A DNA stretch of 64,000 bases, taken from contig CAZPMW010000001.1 of assembly GCA_964587805.1 (NCBI GenBank), positions 4,969 to 68,968 of the forward strand. Reading direction: 5' to 3'. A program made the position numbers and the translations under genes. Under the pieces are notes generated by a model. It was not told the origin of the DNA, searched no databases, and saw only the letters and a list, made by a program, of their open reading frames with translations. The DNA comes from an uncultured Elusimicrobiaceae bacterium. GTDB lineage: Bacteria > Elusimicrobiota > Elusimicrobia > Elusimicrobiales > UBA9959. Shown piece after piece: positions 46,091-55,386 of this stretch; positions within the stretch are counted from its first letter, which is position 1; the number at the start of each line of letters is the position of its first letter.

Positions 46091-46960
46091 ATGAATAAGC
46101 CGGAAACAAAAATAAGAATGGGCCTGCCCAAGGGCAGGATGAAGGACAACATATTCGAGCTGATGAACGACGCCGGGATAAAAATAAGGACCACACTGCG
46201 CGACTACCGCCCCAGCGCTTCGCTCGATAATCTGGAGATAAAGATACTGAAACCGCAGAACATAGCGGAGATGCTGCACGCCGGCTCCATTGACCTGGGT
46301 TTCACCGGGGACGACTGGGTAAGAGAGCTTAATTTTGACGTGGTGGAATTGCTGGATACGGGGTTCGACAAGGTGGACCTGGTCGCCGCCGCGCCCGCCG
46401 CGCTTCTCAAGGGCGATAAACTTCCACGCAGAAAACTCGTCATCGCGTCAGAGTATGAAAGGCTGAGCAGGGCCTGGATAAAAAAGAAAGGGATAGACGC
46501 GACATTCGTGAGGTCGTACGGCGCCACGGAGGTCTTTCCCCCGGAGGACGCCGACCTCATAATAGATATTACGGCCACAGGCTCAACGTTAAAAGCAAAT
46601 AATCTGAAGATCGTGGACACCATCTCGTCTTCCTCCACCAGGCTGTACATGAGCAGGCCGGCGTATAAGAACCCCGGGAAAAAGGAAGCCATAGACGCGC
46701 TGGTGATGCTGTTCAGGTCGGTGTTCGAAGCGCGCAAACGCGTGATACTCGAGGTCAATGTGTCGGCCGAGAAGCTGAAGTCCGTGATAAGCATCCTGCC
46801 GTGCATGCGCGAGCCCACCGTGGCCGAGCTGTACGGCGGAGCGGGCTACGCGCTTAAGGTCGCGGTGCCGCGCGAAGCCCTGCCTGTGCTGATTCCTAAG
46901 ATCAAGAAACACGGCGGTACCGATATTATCGTCACCAGGCTGGCGCATATCGTGCCGTAA
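46091..46960 (+). CDS. hisG: ATP phosphoribosyltransferase (long form)
   Basis: GLPKGRMKD...DLGFTGDDWV...ITATGSTLKAN plus a C-terminal regulatory domain. 289 aa. Confidence 0.9.
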   Translation: MNKPETKIRMGLPKGRMKDNIFELMNDAGIKIRTTLRDYRPSASLDNLEIKILKPQNIAEMLHAGSIDLGFTGDDWVRELNFDVVELLDTGFDKVDLVAAAPAALLKGDKLPRRKLVIASEYERLSRAWIKKKGIDATFVRSYGATEVFPPEDADLIIDITATGSTLKANNLKIVDTISSSSTRLYMSRPAYKNPGKKEAIDALVMLFRSVFEARKRVILEVNVSAEKLKSVISILPCMREPTVAELYGGAGYALKVAVPREALPVLIPKIKKHGGTDIIVTRLAHIVP

Positions 46961-46971
46961 CGGGACCGTTT

Positions 46972-48687
46972 ATGAGCGTAAAACCCGTACCGGGAGTTGG
47001 CAAGGTCGCGATGTACTGCGCGCCAAAACCGCGCTGTCCAGTAGAGCTCATGCTCAATCTGAACGAGGGGCCGTTGCCGCCGCCCGGGTTCTTAAAGAGG
47101 GTCTGTGGAGAGATGGACCCGGGAAATGTAAACAGGTATGTGGGAACCGAAGCCCTGGAAAAAGATATCGCGGCGAGAGCCGGCGTGTCAGCCGACAGGG
47201 TTATAGTCACCAGCGGCGGCGATGACGCCATAGAGCGGGTGATGCGGGCCGTGCTCGCGCCGGGCCGGGAAGTCATAGTGCCGGTGCCTACCTATGAGAT
47301 GGTCAATATTTACGCCGGCCTTATAGGCTGCAGCGTAATCAGGCCCGTCTGGCGGAGCGGCGCATTCCCGGTCAAAAAGATCTTATCGTCGGTCAGCGGT
47401 AAAACTTCCCTGATAGTCGCTATATCGCCCTCCAATCCCACCGGACTTACGATAAGCGCCGCAGAGCTCAAGCGATTGTCGGCGGGCGCGCCCGGGGCGC
47501 TGATCATGGTAGACCTGGCGTATGTGGATTTCGCGGATAAGGACCTGACGAAGACCGTGCTGGGCCTGCCTAATGCGGTGGCGGTCAGGACACTTTCCAA
47601 AGCTTACGGGCTGGCCGGACTGAGGGTCGGCTACGCCATAGGCCCGGAGAGGGTTATAAGCTGGCTGAGGAAGATAGGCATGCCGTACCCCGTCTCCTCC
47701 GCGTCGCTGGCGCTCGCGGCCGAGAGGCTGAAGGATAAAAACGGTGAGGTTAAAAGGTATATAGCCAGAATAAGGGAAGAGAGGAAAGAACTCAGGGCTT
47801 TGCTGCGGGGCCACGGTGTAAAGTCAGACCCGTCCCAGGGTAATTTCATACTCGCGGAATTTAAGGACGCCCGCAGGGTATGGGAAGCTTTGGCCGGACT
47901 CGGCGTCTGCGTCAGGATATTTCCGGAACATAAAGAGCTTGAGAGCTGCCTGCGCGTCAGCCTTCCGGGAGATGAGGCCGGGTTTAAGCGGCTATGCCGC
48001 GCTTTTGAAATAGTTTTGGCGCCGCAGGCGCTATTATTCGATATCGACAACACTTTAGTGGATACATCGCGGTCCTATATAAAGGCCATCGTGCGTACCG
48101 CCAGGTCGTTCGGGGCCGATATTAATCACGACGATGTCGCGGCCGCGAAGGCGAAGGGCGGGTCAAACAACGATTGGAAACTTACCCGCAGCCTGTTAAG
48201 AGCCAGGGGCATAAAAGCCGGCCTGAAGGCCGTTACGGACAGATTTGAGCAGTTATATCAGGGCACGCTGAATACCCCCGGCTTTAAAGAGGCGGAGCGG
48301 CTGATTATCGACAGGAAAATTCTAACGACGCTGGCTCGCCGCTATAAGCTTGGGCTGGTAACAGGCCGCCCCCGCAAAGATACGGAAGCTTTCCTTAAGA
48401 GGTTCGGGCTGAGTGGCCTGTTCGGCGGCGTGATTACTATGGACGACGCCAGAGAAAAGCCGGATCCCGAGCCGGTTCTGCTCTGCATGAAGCGGCTGGG
48501 CTGTTCCAAAGCGTGGTTCTTCGGAGACAGCCCGGACGATATGCAGGCGGCGAGGCGCGCCGGCGTTTTGCCCGTCGGCGTTCACTCTCCGTCCAAGCTC
48601 AGCAAGGATACGGAGCTGGCGCTGTACGGCGCCGGGGCTTCCAGGGTCCTGAAAAATATCAATGAATTAGAGGAGATCCTGCCATGA
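46972..48687 (+). CDS. hisC: Histidinol-phosphate aminotransferase fused to a C-terminal HAD-superfamily phosphatase domain
   Basis: Residues 1-350 form a class-II aminotransferase (SPSNPTG, PLP-lysine motif SKAYGLAGLRVGY). Residues ~353-571 (nt ~48028-48684) form a HAD domain with motif I FDIDNT, motif II VTGR, motif III EKPDP and motif IV GDSPDD. Confidence 0.85.
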   Translation: MSVKPVPGVGKVAMYCAPKPRCPVELMLNLNEGPLPPPGFLKRVCGEMDPGNVNRYVGTEALEKDIAARAGVSADRVIVTSGGDDAIERVMRAVLAPGREVIVPVPTYEMVNIYAGLIGCSVIRPVWRSGAFPVKKILSSVSGKTSLIVAISPSNPTGLTISAAELKRLSAGAPGALIMVDLAYVDFADKDLTKTVLGLPNAVAVRTLSKAYGLAGLRVGYAIGPERVISWLRKIGMPYPVSSASLALAAERLKDKNGEVKRYIARIREERKELRALLRGHGVKSDPSQGNFILAEFKDARRVWEALAGLGVCVRIFPEHKELESCLRVSLPGDEAGFKRLCRAFEIVLAPQALLFDIDNTLVDTSRSYIKAIVRTARSFGADINHDDVAAAKAKGGSNNDWKLTRSLLRARGIKAGLKAVTDRFEQLYQGTLNTPGFKEAERLIIDRKILTTLARRYKLGLVTGRPRKDTEAFLKRFGLSGLFGGVITMDDAREKPDPEPVLLCMKRLGCSKAWFFGDSPDDMQAARRAGVLPVGVHSPSKLSKDTELALYGAGASRVLKNINELEEILP

Positions 48688-49286
48688 GAACAGCGAAAGT
48701 GAACAGGGAGACGAAAGAGACAAAGATCCGCGTCAGCCTGAACCTGGACGGCTCCGGCAAGGCCGATATCTCCACGGGGATAGGGTTTCTCGACCACATG
48801 CTCACCGCCCTGGCGCATCACGGGCGCTTCGATCTCAAGCTGAGCTGCTCCGGGGACCTGGAGGTGGACGACCACCACACCACGGAGGACTGCGCGCTAG
48901 TGCTCGGCAAGGCCTTCAATGACGCGCTGGGCGACAAAAGAGGCGTCAGGCGCTTCGGCTGCGCCTGCGTGCCGATGGACGAGTCCCTCGCGAGGGCCGT
49001 TATCGACCTGTCCGGGCGGCCGTTCGCCGGCGTGAATCTGAAACTGAGCCGCGAATTCGTAGGAGAGACCGGCAAGGAAATCAACTCGGAGAACCTCACT
49101 CATTTTATCCGCTCTCTGGCCATGTCGGGGATGATGACTGTTCATGTCGACGTCTTAAAGGGCGACAATGACCACCATAAAGCCGAGGCGGCATTCAAGG
49201 CGCTGGCTCTGGCTTTAAATAAGGCTGTTCGCCTTATGGACGGCGCGGCCCGCTTAAAAACGCCCAGCACCAAAGGGGTGCTATAG
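48684..49286 (+). CDS. hisB: Imidazoleglycerol-phosphate dehydratase (monofunctional)
   Basis: RETKETKI...GIGFLDHMLTALAHHG...DDHHTTEDCALVLG. At 200 aa there is no N-terminal HAD domain. Confidence 0.9.
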   Translation: MRTAKVNRETKETKIRVSLNLDGSGKADISTGIGFLDHMLTALAHHGRFDLKLSCSGDLEVDDHHTTEDCALVLGKAFNDALGDKRGVRRFGCACVPMDESLARAVIDLSGRPFAGVNLKLSREFVGETGKEINSENLTHFIRSLAMSGMMTVHVDVLKGDNDHHKAEAAFKALALALNKAVRLMDGAARLKTPSTKGVL

Positions 49287-49870
49287 TGGTTACAGTAATT
49301 GAGACCGGCACCGCTAACATAGCGTCAATGCTGGCCGGGCTGTCGCGCTTGGGCGCCGAACCCAGGCTCAGCCGCGACGCCAAAGATATCGAGGAGGCCG
49401 GGCATGTGGTGCTGCCTGGCGTAGGCTCATTTAAAGCCGCAATGAGCGGGCTGGATCAGCCGCTGAGAGCCGCCATAATAAAACGTTTCAGGGAAGACAG
49501 ACCGACGCTGGCCGTGTGCCTGGGCCTGCAGCTTTTGTGCCTGGAGAGCGAAGAGGATCCGGGCTGCGCTGGTTTGGGGATCATACCGGAAAAGGTGGTG
49601 AGGTTCCCCAAAGGCTTGTGTGTGCCGCACATGGGCTGGAATACCGTGGCGCCGGAAGCCGGCTGCCGGTTCCTGACCCCGGGGTACGCGTATTTTGCCA
49701 ATTCATTTTGTCTAAGGCGCATTCCGGAAGGCTGGACGGGGGCGTATTCTGTGCATGGCGCCCCGTTCGTAGCGGCCCTGGAAAAGGGGCGTCTTTTGGC
49801 CTGCCAGCTCCACCCGGAACTTTCCGGGGCCTGGGGACTGGGGCTGATCAAAAGATGGCTGGGGAAATAA
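49286..49870 (+). CDS. hisH: Imidazole glycerol phosphate synthase, glutamine amidotransferase subunit
   Basis: GTG start. VLPGVGSF, the nucleophile region LAVCLGLQLL and the HPE triad motif are present. Confidence 0.85.
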   Translation: MVTVIETGTANIASMLAGLSRLGAEPRLSRDAKDIEEAGHVVLPGVGSFKAAMSGLDQPLRAAIIKRFREDRPTLAVCLGLQLLCLESEEDPGCAGLGIIPEKVVRFPKGLCVPHMGWNTVAPEAGCRFLTPGYAYFANSFCLRRIPEGWTGAYSVHGAPFVAALEKGRLLACQLHPELSGAWGLGLIKRWLGK

Positions 49871-49871
49871 T

Positions 49872-50627
49872 ATGCTGACGGTAAGAATAATACCCTGCCT
49901 GGACGTCAGCAACGGCCGGGTGGTAAAGGGAATAAAATTTCAGGACCTGCGGGACGCCGGTTCTCCGGCAGAACTCGCGAAGAATTACGAGAAGGACGGC
50001 GCCGATGAACTGGTTATACTTGACGTGTCCGCTACGCCAGAGGGGCGCGGCACACAGCTCGATGTGGTCAGGGCCGTCAGAGCGAATATCTCGATACCGT
50101 TATGCGTGGGCGGCGGCGTAAGAAACGGAGAGTCCGCGTTCCAGCTCCTGAACGCAGGCGCAGACAAGGTCGGCATCAACACGGCGGCCGTGGAAAACCC
50201 GGCGATCCTCGGTGAGCTGGCCGCCAGATTCGGCAGGCAATGCGTGGTGCTGGCCATAGACGCGGCGTCTAACGGCGACAACCGCTGGGAAGTGGTCACC
50301 AGGTCCGGCAAGAACAGGACCGGTCTCGACGCGGTCAAATGGGCCGAAGCCGCGGCGAAAGCCGGCGCCGGGGAAATACTGCTTACCTCCTGGGACAGGG
50401 ACGGCACAAAACAGGGCTATGATCTGCCCCTGATCTCCGCTATCTCGGGCGTAGTGGATATTCCGATCATCGCTTCGGGCGGGGCCGCCGTCCCGGAGCA
50501 TATGTCCGCCGCGGTCAAGGCGGGCGCGGACGCGGTTCTTGCGGCCTCCATCTTCCATCACGGAGAGTATACCGTGGACACTCTTAAAACAGCGCTGGCG
50601 CGCTTAGGCGTTGAGGTCAGACAATGA
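49872..50627 (+). CDS. hisF: Imidazole glycerol phosphate synthase, cyclase subunit
   Basis: RIIPCLDV..GRVVKG...GADELVILDV...GGGVR...SGGAG-type TIM-barrel motifs. Confidence 0.9.
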   Translation: MLTVRIIPCLDVSNGRVVKGIKFQDLRDAGSPAELAKNYEKDGADELVILDVSATPEGRGTQLDVVRAVRANISIPLCVGGGVRNGESAFQLLNAGADKVGINTAAVENPAILGELAARFGRQCVVLAIDAASNGDNRWEVVTRSGKNRTGLDAVKWAEAAAKAGAGEILLTSWDRDGTKQGYDLPLISAISGVVDIPIIASGGAAVPEHMSAAVKAGADAVLAASIFHHGEYTVDTLKTALARLGVEVRQ

Positions 50628-51904
50628 TAATTCCGTCGATAGATATCATGGACGGTCAGGCGGTACAGCTTATAGGCGGGGAAAAGAAAGCCATAGACGC
50701 CGGCGATCCGTTCCCCATAGCGGAGCGCTTCTCCGTAGCCGGCGAGCTCGCGGTTATAGATCTCGACGCCGCGAAGGGCAAAGGCGATAACAAGGCGCTG
50801 ATCAAAAAGCTGGTCAAGCGATACCGCTGCAGGGTAGGCGGAGGCATAAGGACTTACGACGCGGCGCTGGAATGGCTGGACGCCGGCGCCTCAAAGATAA
50901 TAATAGGTACGGCCGCCACGCCGGAACTTTTATCCAGGCTGCCTAAAGCGAGGGTCATCGCGGCGCTAGACGCGCGGCATGGCGAGGTGGTTGTGGAAGG
51001 CTGGAAGACCGGCACTGGCCGGAGCATAACTGACGGGATCGGCCGGCTCCGCGACCATGTCGGCGGTTTTCTCGTGACCTTCGTGGAAACCGAGGGAAGG
51101 ATGAAGGGCTTTGACAGGGCCAGGGCCGCTGAGATAATAAAACAGGCCGGGAACTGCCGGGTCACTATCGCCGGAGGCGTGACCACCGTGGACGACATCG
51201 CCCACCTGGACGGGTTGGGCGCCGACGCGCAGGTGGGTATGGCTTTGTATACCGGCAATATGAGCCTGGCTGAAGCTATTGTAAGCCTCATCAAAGATCG
51301 CGAGGGCCTATGGCCCACCGTCATAGCCGACGAGCACGGCCAGGCCCTGGGGTTGGCCTGGTCAAATCTTGAGAGCGTCACGGAAGCCGTTAAGACCCTG
51401 AGCGGCGTGTATTTTTCAAGGAAGAGGGGGCTCTGGAAAAAAGGGGCGACTTCCGGCAACGGTCAGAAGCTGCTGAAGATAGATTTGGACTGCGATAACG
51501 ACGCTCTGCGTTTTACGGTCAGGCAAAACGGCAAAGGCTTCTGCCATAACGACACGTGGACCTGCTGGGGTGATGACGCCGCCCTGTCCTCGGTAGAGAA
51601 GATGCTGAAGCACAGGCTTACTGACGCGCCGGAAGGCTCTTATACCAAACGACTGTTCAGCGACCCCGGACTGCTCAGGGCCAAGATAATGGAGGAGGCC
51701 GGGGAGCTGACGGAGGCTATCGCAAGCGGCTCCAAAGAGGAGATAATCGGCGAAGCCGGCGATGTCATCTTCTTTACCCTTGCGGCCATGATCAAAGCCG
51801 GCGTCAGCCTCGAGGACGTGGAGCATGAATTATATTTAAGGTCCCTGAAGGTGACCAGGCGTCCGGGCGACGCCAAGCCGCCGCGGACCCCGGAGAAAAT
51901 ATGA
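50624..51904 (+). CDS. hisA: Trifunctional fusion: ProFAR isomerase (HisA) + PRA-CH (HisI) + PRA-PH (HisE)
   Basis: Residues 1-223 are HisA-like (IIPSIDIMDGQAVQL...GGGIR...IAGGV). Residues ~226-317 are HisI (WPTVIADEHGQALGLAWSN...SRKRGLWKKGATSGN...DCDNDAL...CHNDTWTCW). Residues ~320-405 are HisE (PEGSYTKRLF...EEAGELTEA...EAGDVIFF). Confidence 0.85.
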   Translation: MIIPSIDIMDGQAVQLIGGEKKAIDAGDPFPIAERFSVAGELAVIDLDAAKGKGDNKALIKKLVKRYRCRVGGGIRTYDAALEWLDAGASKIIIGTAATPELLSRLPKARVIAALDARHGEVVVEGWKTGTGRSITDGIGRLRDHVGGFLVTFVETEGRMKGFDRARAAEIIKQAGNCRVTIAGGVTTVDDIAHLDGLGADAQVGMALYTGNMSLAEAIVSLIKDREGLWPTVIADEHGQALGLAWSNLESVTEAVKTLSGVYFSRKRGLWKKGATSGNGQKLLKIDLDCDNDALRFTVRQNGKGFCHNDTWTCWGDDAALSSVEKMLKHRLTDAPEGSYTKRLFSDPGLLRAKIMEEAGELTEAIASGSKEEIIGEAGDVIFFTLAAMIKAGVSLEDVEHELYLRSLKVTRRPGDAKPPRTPEKI

Positions 51905-53172
51905 GGAAATATCTCAGGAGAATAAGCCCCGCAGCCCTGCCATCCAGATTCAGGGACCCAGCTGACGCTAAGGCCCTGGTCGCGGCGCAGTCTGTCTTAA
52001 AGGAGATAGAGGCGAAAGGAGAGTCCGCTGTAAGAAAATACGCCGAACATTTCGGGGATATCGCTAAAGGCGCCCCCCTGGCGGCCGGTAAGAAAGAGCT
52101 TGAAAAAGCCTATGCTGGTCTGAAAAAAGACGAGCGGGCCTTGCTGAGGCGGGTAAAACAGCGCATAGAGTCGTTCGCGCGCGCGCAGAAAGACAGTCTT
52201 GAAGAGATAACGCTTAAGATTCCCGGCGGCCTGGCCGGCCATCGGATCTCCCCGGTGCGGTACGCAGGCTGTTACGCTCCTGGCGGACGGTTCCCTTTGC
52301 CCTCTTCCGTTCTGATGACCGCGGTCACCGCGCGTGTCGCGGGAGTAAAGTCGGTATGGGTGGCTTCCCCGAAGCCGGAGCCTATCACTCTCGCAGCCGC
52401 GTTCGTCGCTGGCGCCGACGGCCTGCTTAAAATAGGCGGCATACAGGCCATAGGGGCTTTCGCTTTCGGCACCTCGTTCAATCCCGCCTGTGACGTGATA
52501 GCCGGCCCCGGCAATAAATACGTTACCGCCGCTAAAAAACTGGTGTCCGGCAGGGTGCTGATAGATATGCTGGCCGGCCCTTCGGAATTAACGATACTGG
52601 CCGATGACACTGCGGATTCACGGATAATCGCGGCAGATCTGCTGGCGCAGGCTGAGCACGACACTGACGCTGTACCGATACTCGTCACTACGGACCGGGC
52701 GCTGATAGCCGCCGTGGATATAGAATTAGGCAGGCAGTTGAAAACGCTTAAAACCGCGGCCACTGCGGCAAGGGCCCTGGAGAACGGCTTTGCCGTACAC
52801 GTTAAAAATATTGAGCAGGGCATAGCTGTTTGCGACGCACTGGCCCCGGAACATCTGGAAGTCTGCGTGAGGGGCGCCGAAGCCGTGGCGAAACGCTGCG
52901 CTAACTATGGCGGGTTGTTTATAGGGCAGGGCAGCGCCGAGGTTTTTGGCGATTACGGCGCAGGGCCGAATCACACTCTGCCCACCGGGGGCACGGCGAG
53001 GTATACCGGCGGTCTGTCCGTATTTAATTTTCTACGCATTCGTACCTGGCTCAAGATCAATAGTCCAAAGGCCGCGTCCGGCATTATCAAGGACGCCGTT
53101 CAGCTGGCGGAGCTGGAGGGCCTGGCCGGACACGCGCGGTCAGCCGCAGGCAGACAGCCCGGGTCCCTATAG
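51901..53172 (+). CDS. hisD: Histidinol dehydrogenase
   Basis: 423 aa with the PGGRFPLPSSVLM, AGPSE, QAEHD and GDYGAGPNHTLPT motifs. Confidence 0.9.
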   Translation: MRKYLRRISPAALPSRFRDPADAKALVAAQSVLKEIEAKGESAVRKYAEHFGDIAKGAPLAAGKKELEKAYAGLKKDERALLRRVKQRIESFARAQKDSLEEITLKIPGGLAGHRISPVRYAGCYAPGGRFPLPSSVLMTAVTARVAGVKSVWVASPKPEPITLAAAFVAGADGLLKIGGIQAIGAFAFGTSFNPACDVIAGPGNKYVTAAKKLVSGRVLIDMLAGPSELTILADDTADSRIIAADLLAQAEHDTDAVPILVTTDRALIAAVDIELGRQLKTLKTAATAARALENGFAVHVKNIEQGIAVCDALAPEHLEVCVRGAEAVAKRCANYGGLFIGQGSAEVFGDYGAGPNHTLPTGGTARYTGGLSVFNFLRIRTWLKINSPKAASGIIKDAVQLAELEGLAGHARSAAGRQPGSL

Positions 53173-53177
53173 ATCAG

Positions 53178-55007
53178 ATGACGAAGCTCTTCACCTGGCG
53201 CCGGGTCTTGCCGCCGGCGGTGTTTTTGCTGGCCTTCGCGCTGCGGACCGCCTTTCTGCTTCAGTGGCTACGCCTTCCTTATATAGATTCTCTCTGCGCT
53301 GACGCCTGGGCTAACGACCAGTGGGCGCTCGATATCCTGAACGGCGGGCTGATACGGCACCGCGCTTTTTTTCAGTCTCCATTCTACGCGTATTTCCTGG
53401 CGGCCTTCTATAAAATATTCGGGCATGAACCCCGCGCCGTGTTTTGGGTGCAGGCAGGTATAGATTCCTGCTCGTGTGTCATTCTGATGCACGCGGCCCG
53501 GCGCTGTTTCGACGAGCGCGCCGGCGCGCTCACCGGGCTGGCCGCGGCATTCTACCGGCCCTTTATTTTCAGCGCGGCTTTATTGACCAAGGAGACTTTC
53601 GTAGTGTTCGGCGCCTCGCTCTTCCTGCTGCTGAGTCTGCGCGCCGCGGAAAAGGGGCGCATCCGCGATTATTTTATTTGCGGGCTGGCGGCGGGCTGTA
53701 CTGTGCTGCTGCGGAGCAATATGGCGCTGCTTATTCCGGCGGCTCTGCTGTGGTTCCGGCTGCGGACGCCGAAGCCGGACGGCCCCGGCGGCCTGAAGGC
53801 CGGCGCGGCGCTCTCTTTGCTTGCCGGCGCGGCGCTCGCGGTGCTGCCGGTCACGCTCCATAACTTCGCCGCCAGCCGGGATCTGGTGCTGGTAAATTCC
53901 ACCGGAGGGTTCACTTTCTTCCTTGGAAATAATCCGGAAGCCACGGGCCTGGCCACTTACCCGGCCGGTGTAAATTCCGATCCGCTTCTGGAGGAGTCCC
54001 AGTCAGCAAGGCTGGCCGAGATAAGTTCCGGCCGCGCGCTGAAACCTTCCGGCGCGTCGTCCTTCTGGTTCCGTAAGGGCTTGCGTTTTATAGCCGACCA
54101 GCCGCTACGCTGGCTCGGGCTTATGGGATTGAAGTTCTGGTTGTTCTGGAACCGCTACGAGATCCCGGACAACTACGATATACAATTCATCGCGCGGAAT
54201 TTTAACACTATCCTGAACCTGCCGCTGGTCTCTTTCGCGCTGGTTGGCAGCCTCGGGGCAGCCGGGCTATTCCTCTGCCGCATCAGGGAGGCGTCCGGCC
54301 TGCCGCTTTTGCTTTTTCTGGCCTATCTGTCTTCCATCCTGCCGTTTTTGATAAGCGACCGTTACCGTCTGCCCGGGGTGGTTTTTCTTCTGCCGTTGGC
54401 TGCGGCAGCGGCAGAGCGCCTGGCCGCCGCGCTAAGAAAAATGGAATGGCGCGCAGTAGTGAAGTTATTGCTTCCGGCTTCGCCGCTCATTTTCCTTTGC
54501 CTGAGCCGGGCGCCGATCAATATGCGTTCCGATGAGGCCGCTGCCTGGGGACAGCTTGCCGCCGTTTACGCGGGGCGGGGGGACTTTCAGCCTGCCCTGC
54601 AAGCCTTTCAGAAGGCGGTTGCGCTGGCGCCTGAAAGCGTGAATGAAGCGGCCATAGACAGCGCCGCGTTCTCGCTGCGGAAACTGAATCGTCCGGAGGA
54701 AGCGCTGGTTATGTACGAGGCGGGCAGCCGCATATACCCGGAGTCGGCCATCCTTTATAATAACCGAGCCACTTTGCTTTTTCAGCTGGGCCGGACAAAA
54801 GAGGGCGTGGGACTGCTGGAGAGGTCGCTGCGTGTCGACCCTGACCCCGGCTTGCAGTACAAAAACCTGTTCTACGCCTGCGCCAAGCTTGGCCGCTCGG
54901 AAAAAGCCCTACGCTACGGCTCCGCCGCGCTCGCGCGGTTCCCCGGCGATACGGACCTTCAGCATGATGTCATTGAGTTAAAAAGAAAAGCGCTGGGAAG
55001 TAAGTGA
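53178..55007 (+). CDS. Polytopic ArnT/PMT-like (GT39/GT83-type) glycosyltransferase with C-terminal TPR repeats
   Basis: The N-terminal ~450 aa are multi-TM with a PMT_2-like pattern. The C-terminal ~150 aa are TPR repeats (AAWGQLAAVYAGRGDFQPALQAFQKAV...). The last ~12 codons lie within a duplicated fragment of the dctM 3' end. Confidence 0.7.
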   Translation: MTKLFTWRRVLPPAVFLLAFALRTAFLLQWLRLPYIDSLCADAWANDQWALDILNGGLIRHRAFFQSPFYAYFLAAFYKIFGHEPRAVFWVQAGIDSCSCVILMHAARRCFDERAGALTGLAAAFYRPFIFSAALLTKETFVVFGASLFLLLSLRAAEKGRIRDYFICGLAAGCTVLLRSNMALLIPAALLWFRLRTPKPDGPGGLKAGAALSLLAGAALAVLPVTLHNFAASRDLVLVNSTGGFTFFLGNNPEATGLATYPAGVNSDPLLEESQSARLAEISSGRALKPSGASSFWFRKGLRFIADQPLRWLGLMGLKFWLFWNRYEIPDNYDIQFIARNFNTILNLPLVSFALVGSLGAAGLFLCRIREASGLPLLLFLAYLSSILPFLISDRYRLPGVVFLLPLAAAAAERLAAALRKMEWRAVVKLLLPASPLIFLCLSRAPINMRSDEAAAWGQLAAVYAGRGDFQPALQAFQKAVALAPESVNEAAIDSAAFSLRKLNRPEEALVMYEAGSRIYPESAILYNNRATLLFQLGRTKEGVGLLERSLRVDPDPGLQYKNLFYACAKLGRSEKALRYGSAALARFPGDTDLQHDVIELKRKALGSK

Positions 55008-55014
55008 CCAGCGC
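54970..55014. repeat. 45-nt duplicate of the dctM 3' end (partner at 55387-55431)
   Basis: A hand alignment gives 39/45 identical nt. On the minus strand it would encode ALVTYFPALFFLTQ*, compared with the authentic dctM C-terminus ALVTYFPSFFFLTP*. Confidence 0.8.
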
Positions 55015-55045
55015 CCAGATGGGTTCGCTTGGCTGTCGCCGATTT

Positions 55046-55071
55046 CCCCGTCCGCCCGGGACCGGGGTTTT
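55046..55071 (+). terminator. Rho-independent terminator candidate after the GT-TPR gene
   Basis: ccccgtcc-gccc-gggaccgggg (an 8-9 bp GC stem with one bulge) followed by tttt. Confidence 0.6.
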
Positions 55072-55080
55072 AGGGGAGGG

Positions 55081-55125
55081 CCGTCTGATGAGCATAGCTC
55101 CTGATACGGCACAGCCATAGGCTAG
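55081..55125. repeat. Dispersed copy of the 45-47-nt repeat family seen at 2361-2532
   Basis: ccgtctgatgagcatagctcctgatacggcacagccataggctag. The 3' 21 nt (tacggcacagccataggctag) are identical to both full copies at 2441-2532. The 5' part has about 7 substitutions and one indel. Confidence 0.8.
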
Positions 55126-55386
55126 AATCCCGGCAACCTGCGCCGGCTCCGGAACTCGCGCAAAAGCAATGCTTTTGCGCTCGGACATCCTCGCCGTCCC
55201 GGAGGGATACGCTCCGCTTGCCGGGATTAAACCCCTCAATGGGCGGCCGGGAAAACCGGCGACATCCGCTCCAAAGAATTATTCTGCTGCTTCAAACCAT
55301 TACAACCTTTTTGTTTACAAAGGCCGGCGGACAGGGTCCCCGCTGCCGGTTAGACGATAAATTAGACGGAATCAACTAGAACAGTG

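Noticed and set aside
54970-55239. 89-aa minus-strand ORF ending in ...ALVTYFPALFFLTQ, as a possible second small TRAP-related gene.
   Set aside because: Only its last ~14 codons resemble DctM. The rest runs through a terminator, the dispersed repeat and a palindrome, and has no TM-helix pattern. It is better explained as a relic of the dctM 3' end.
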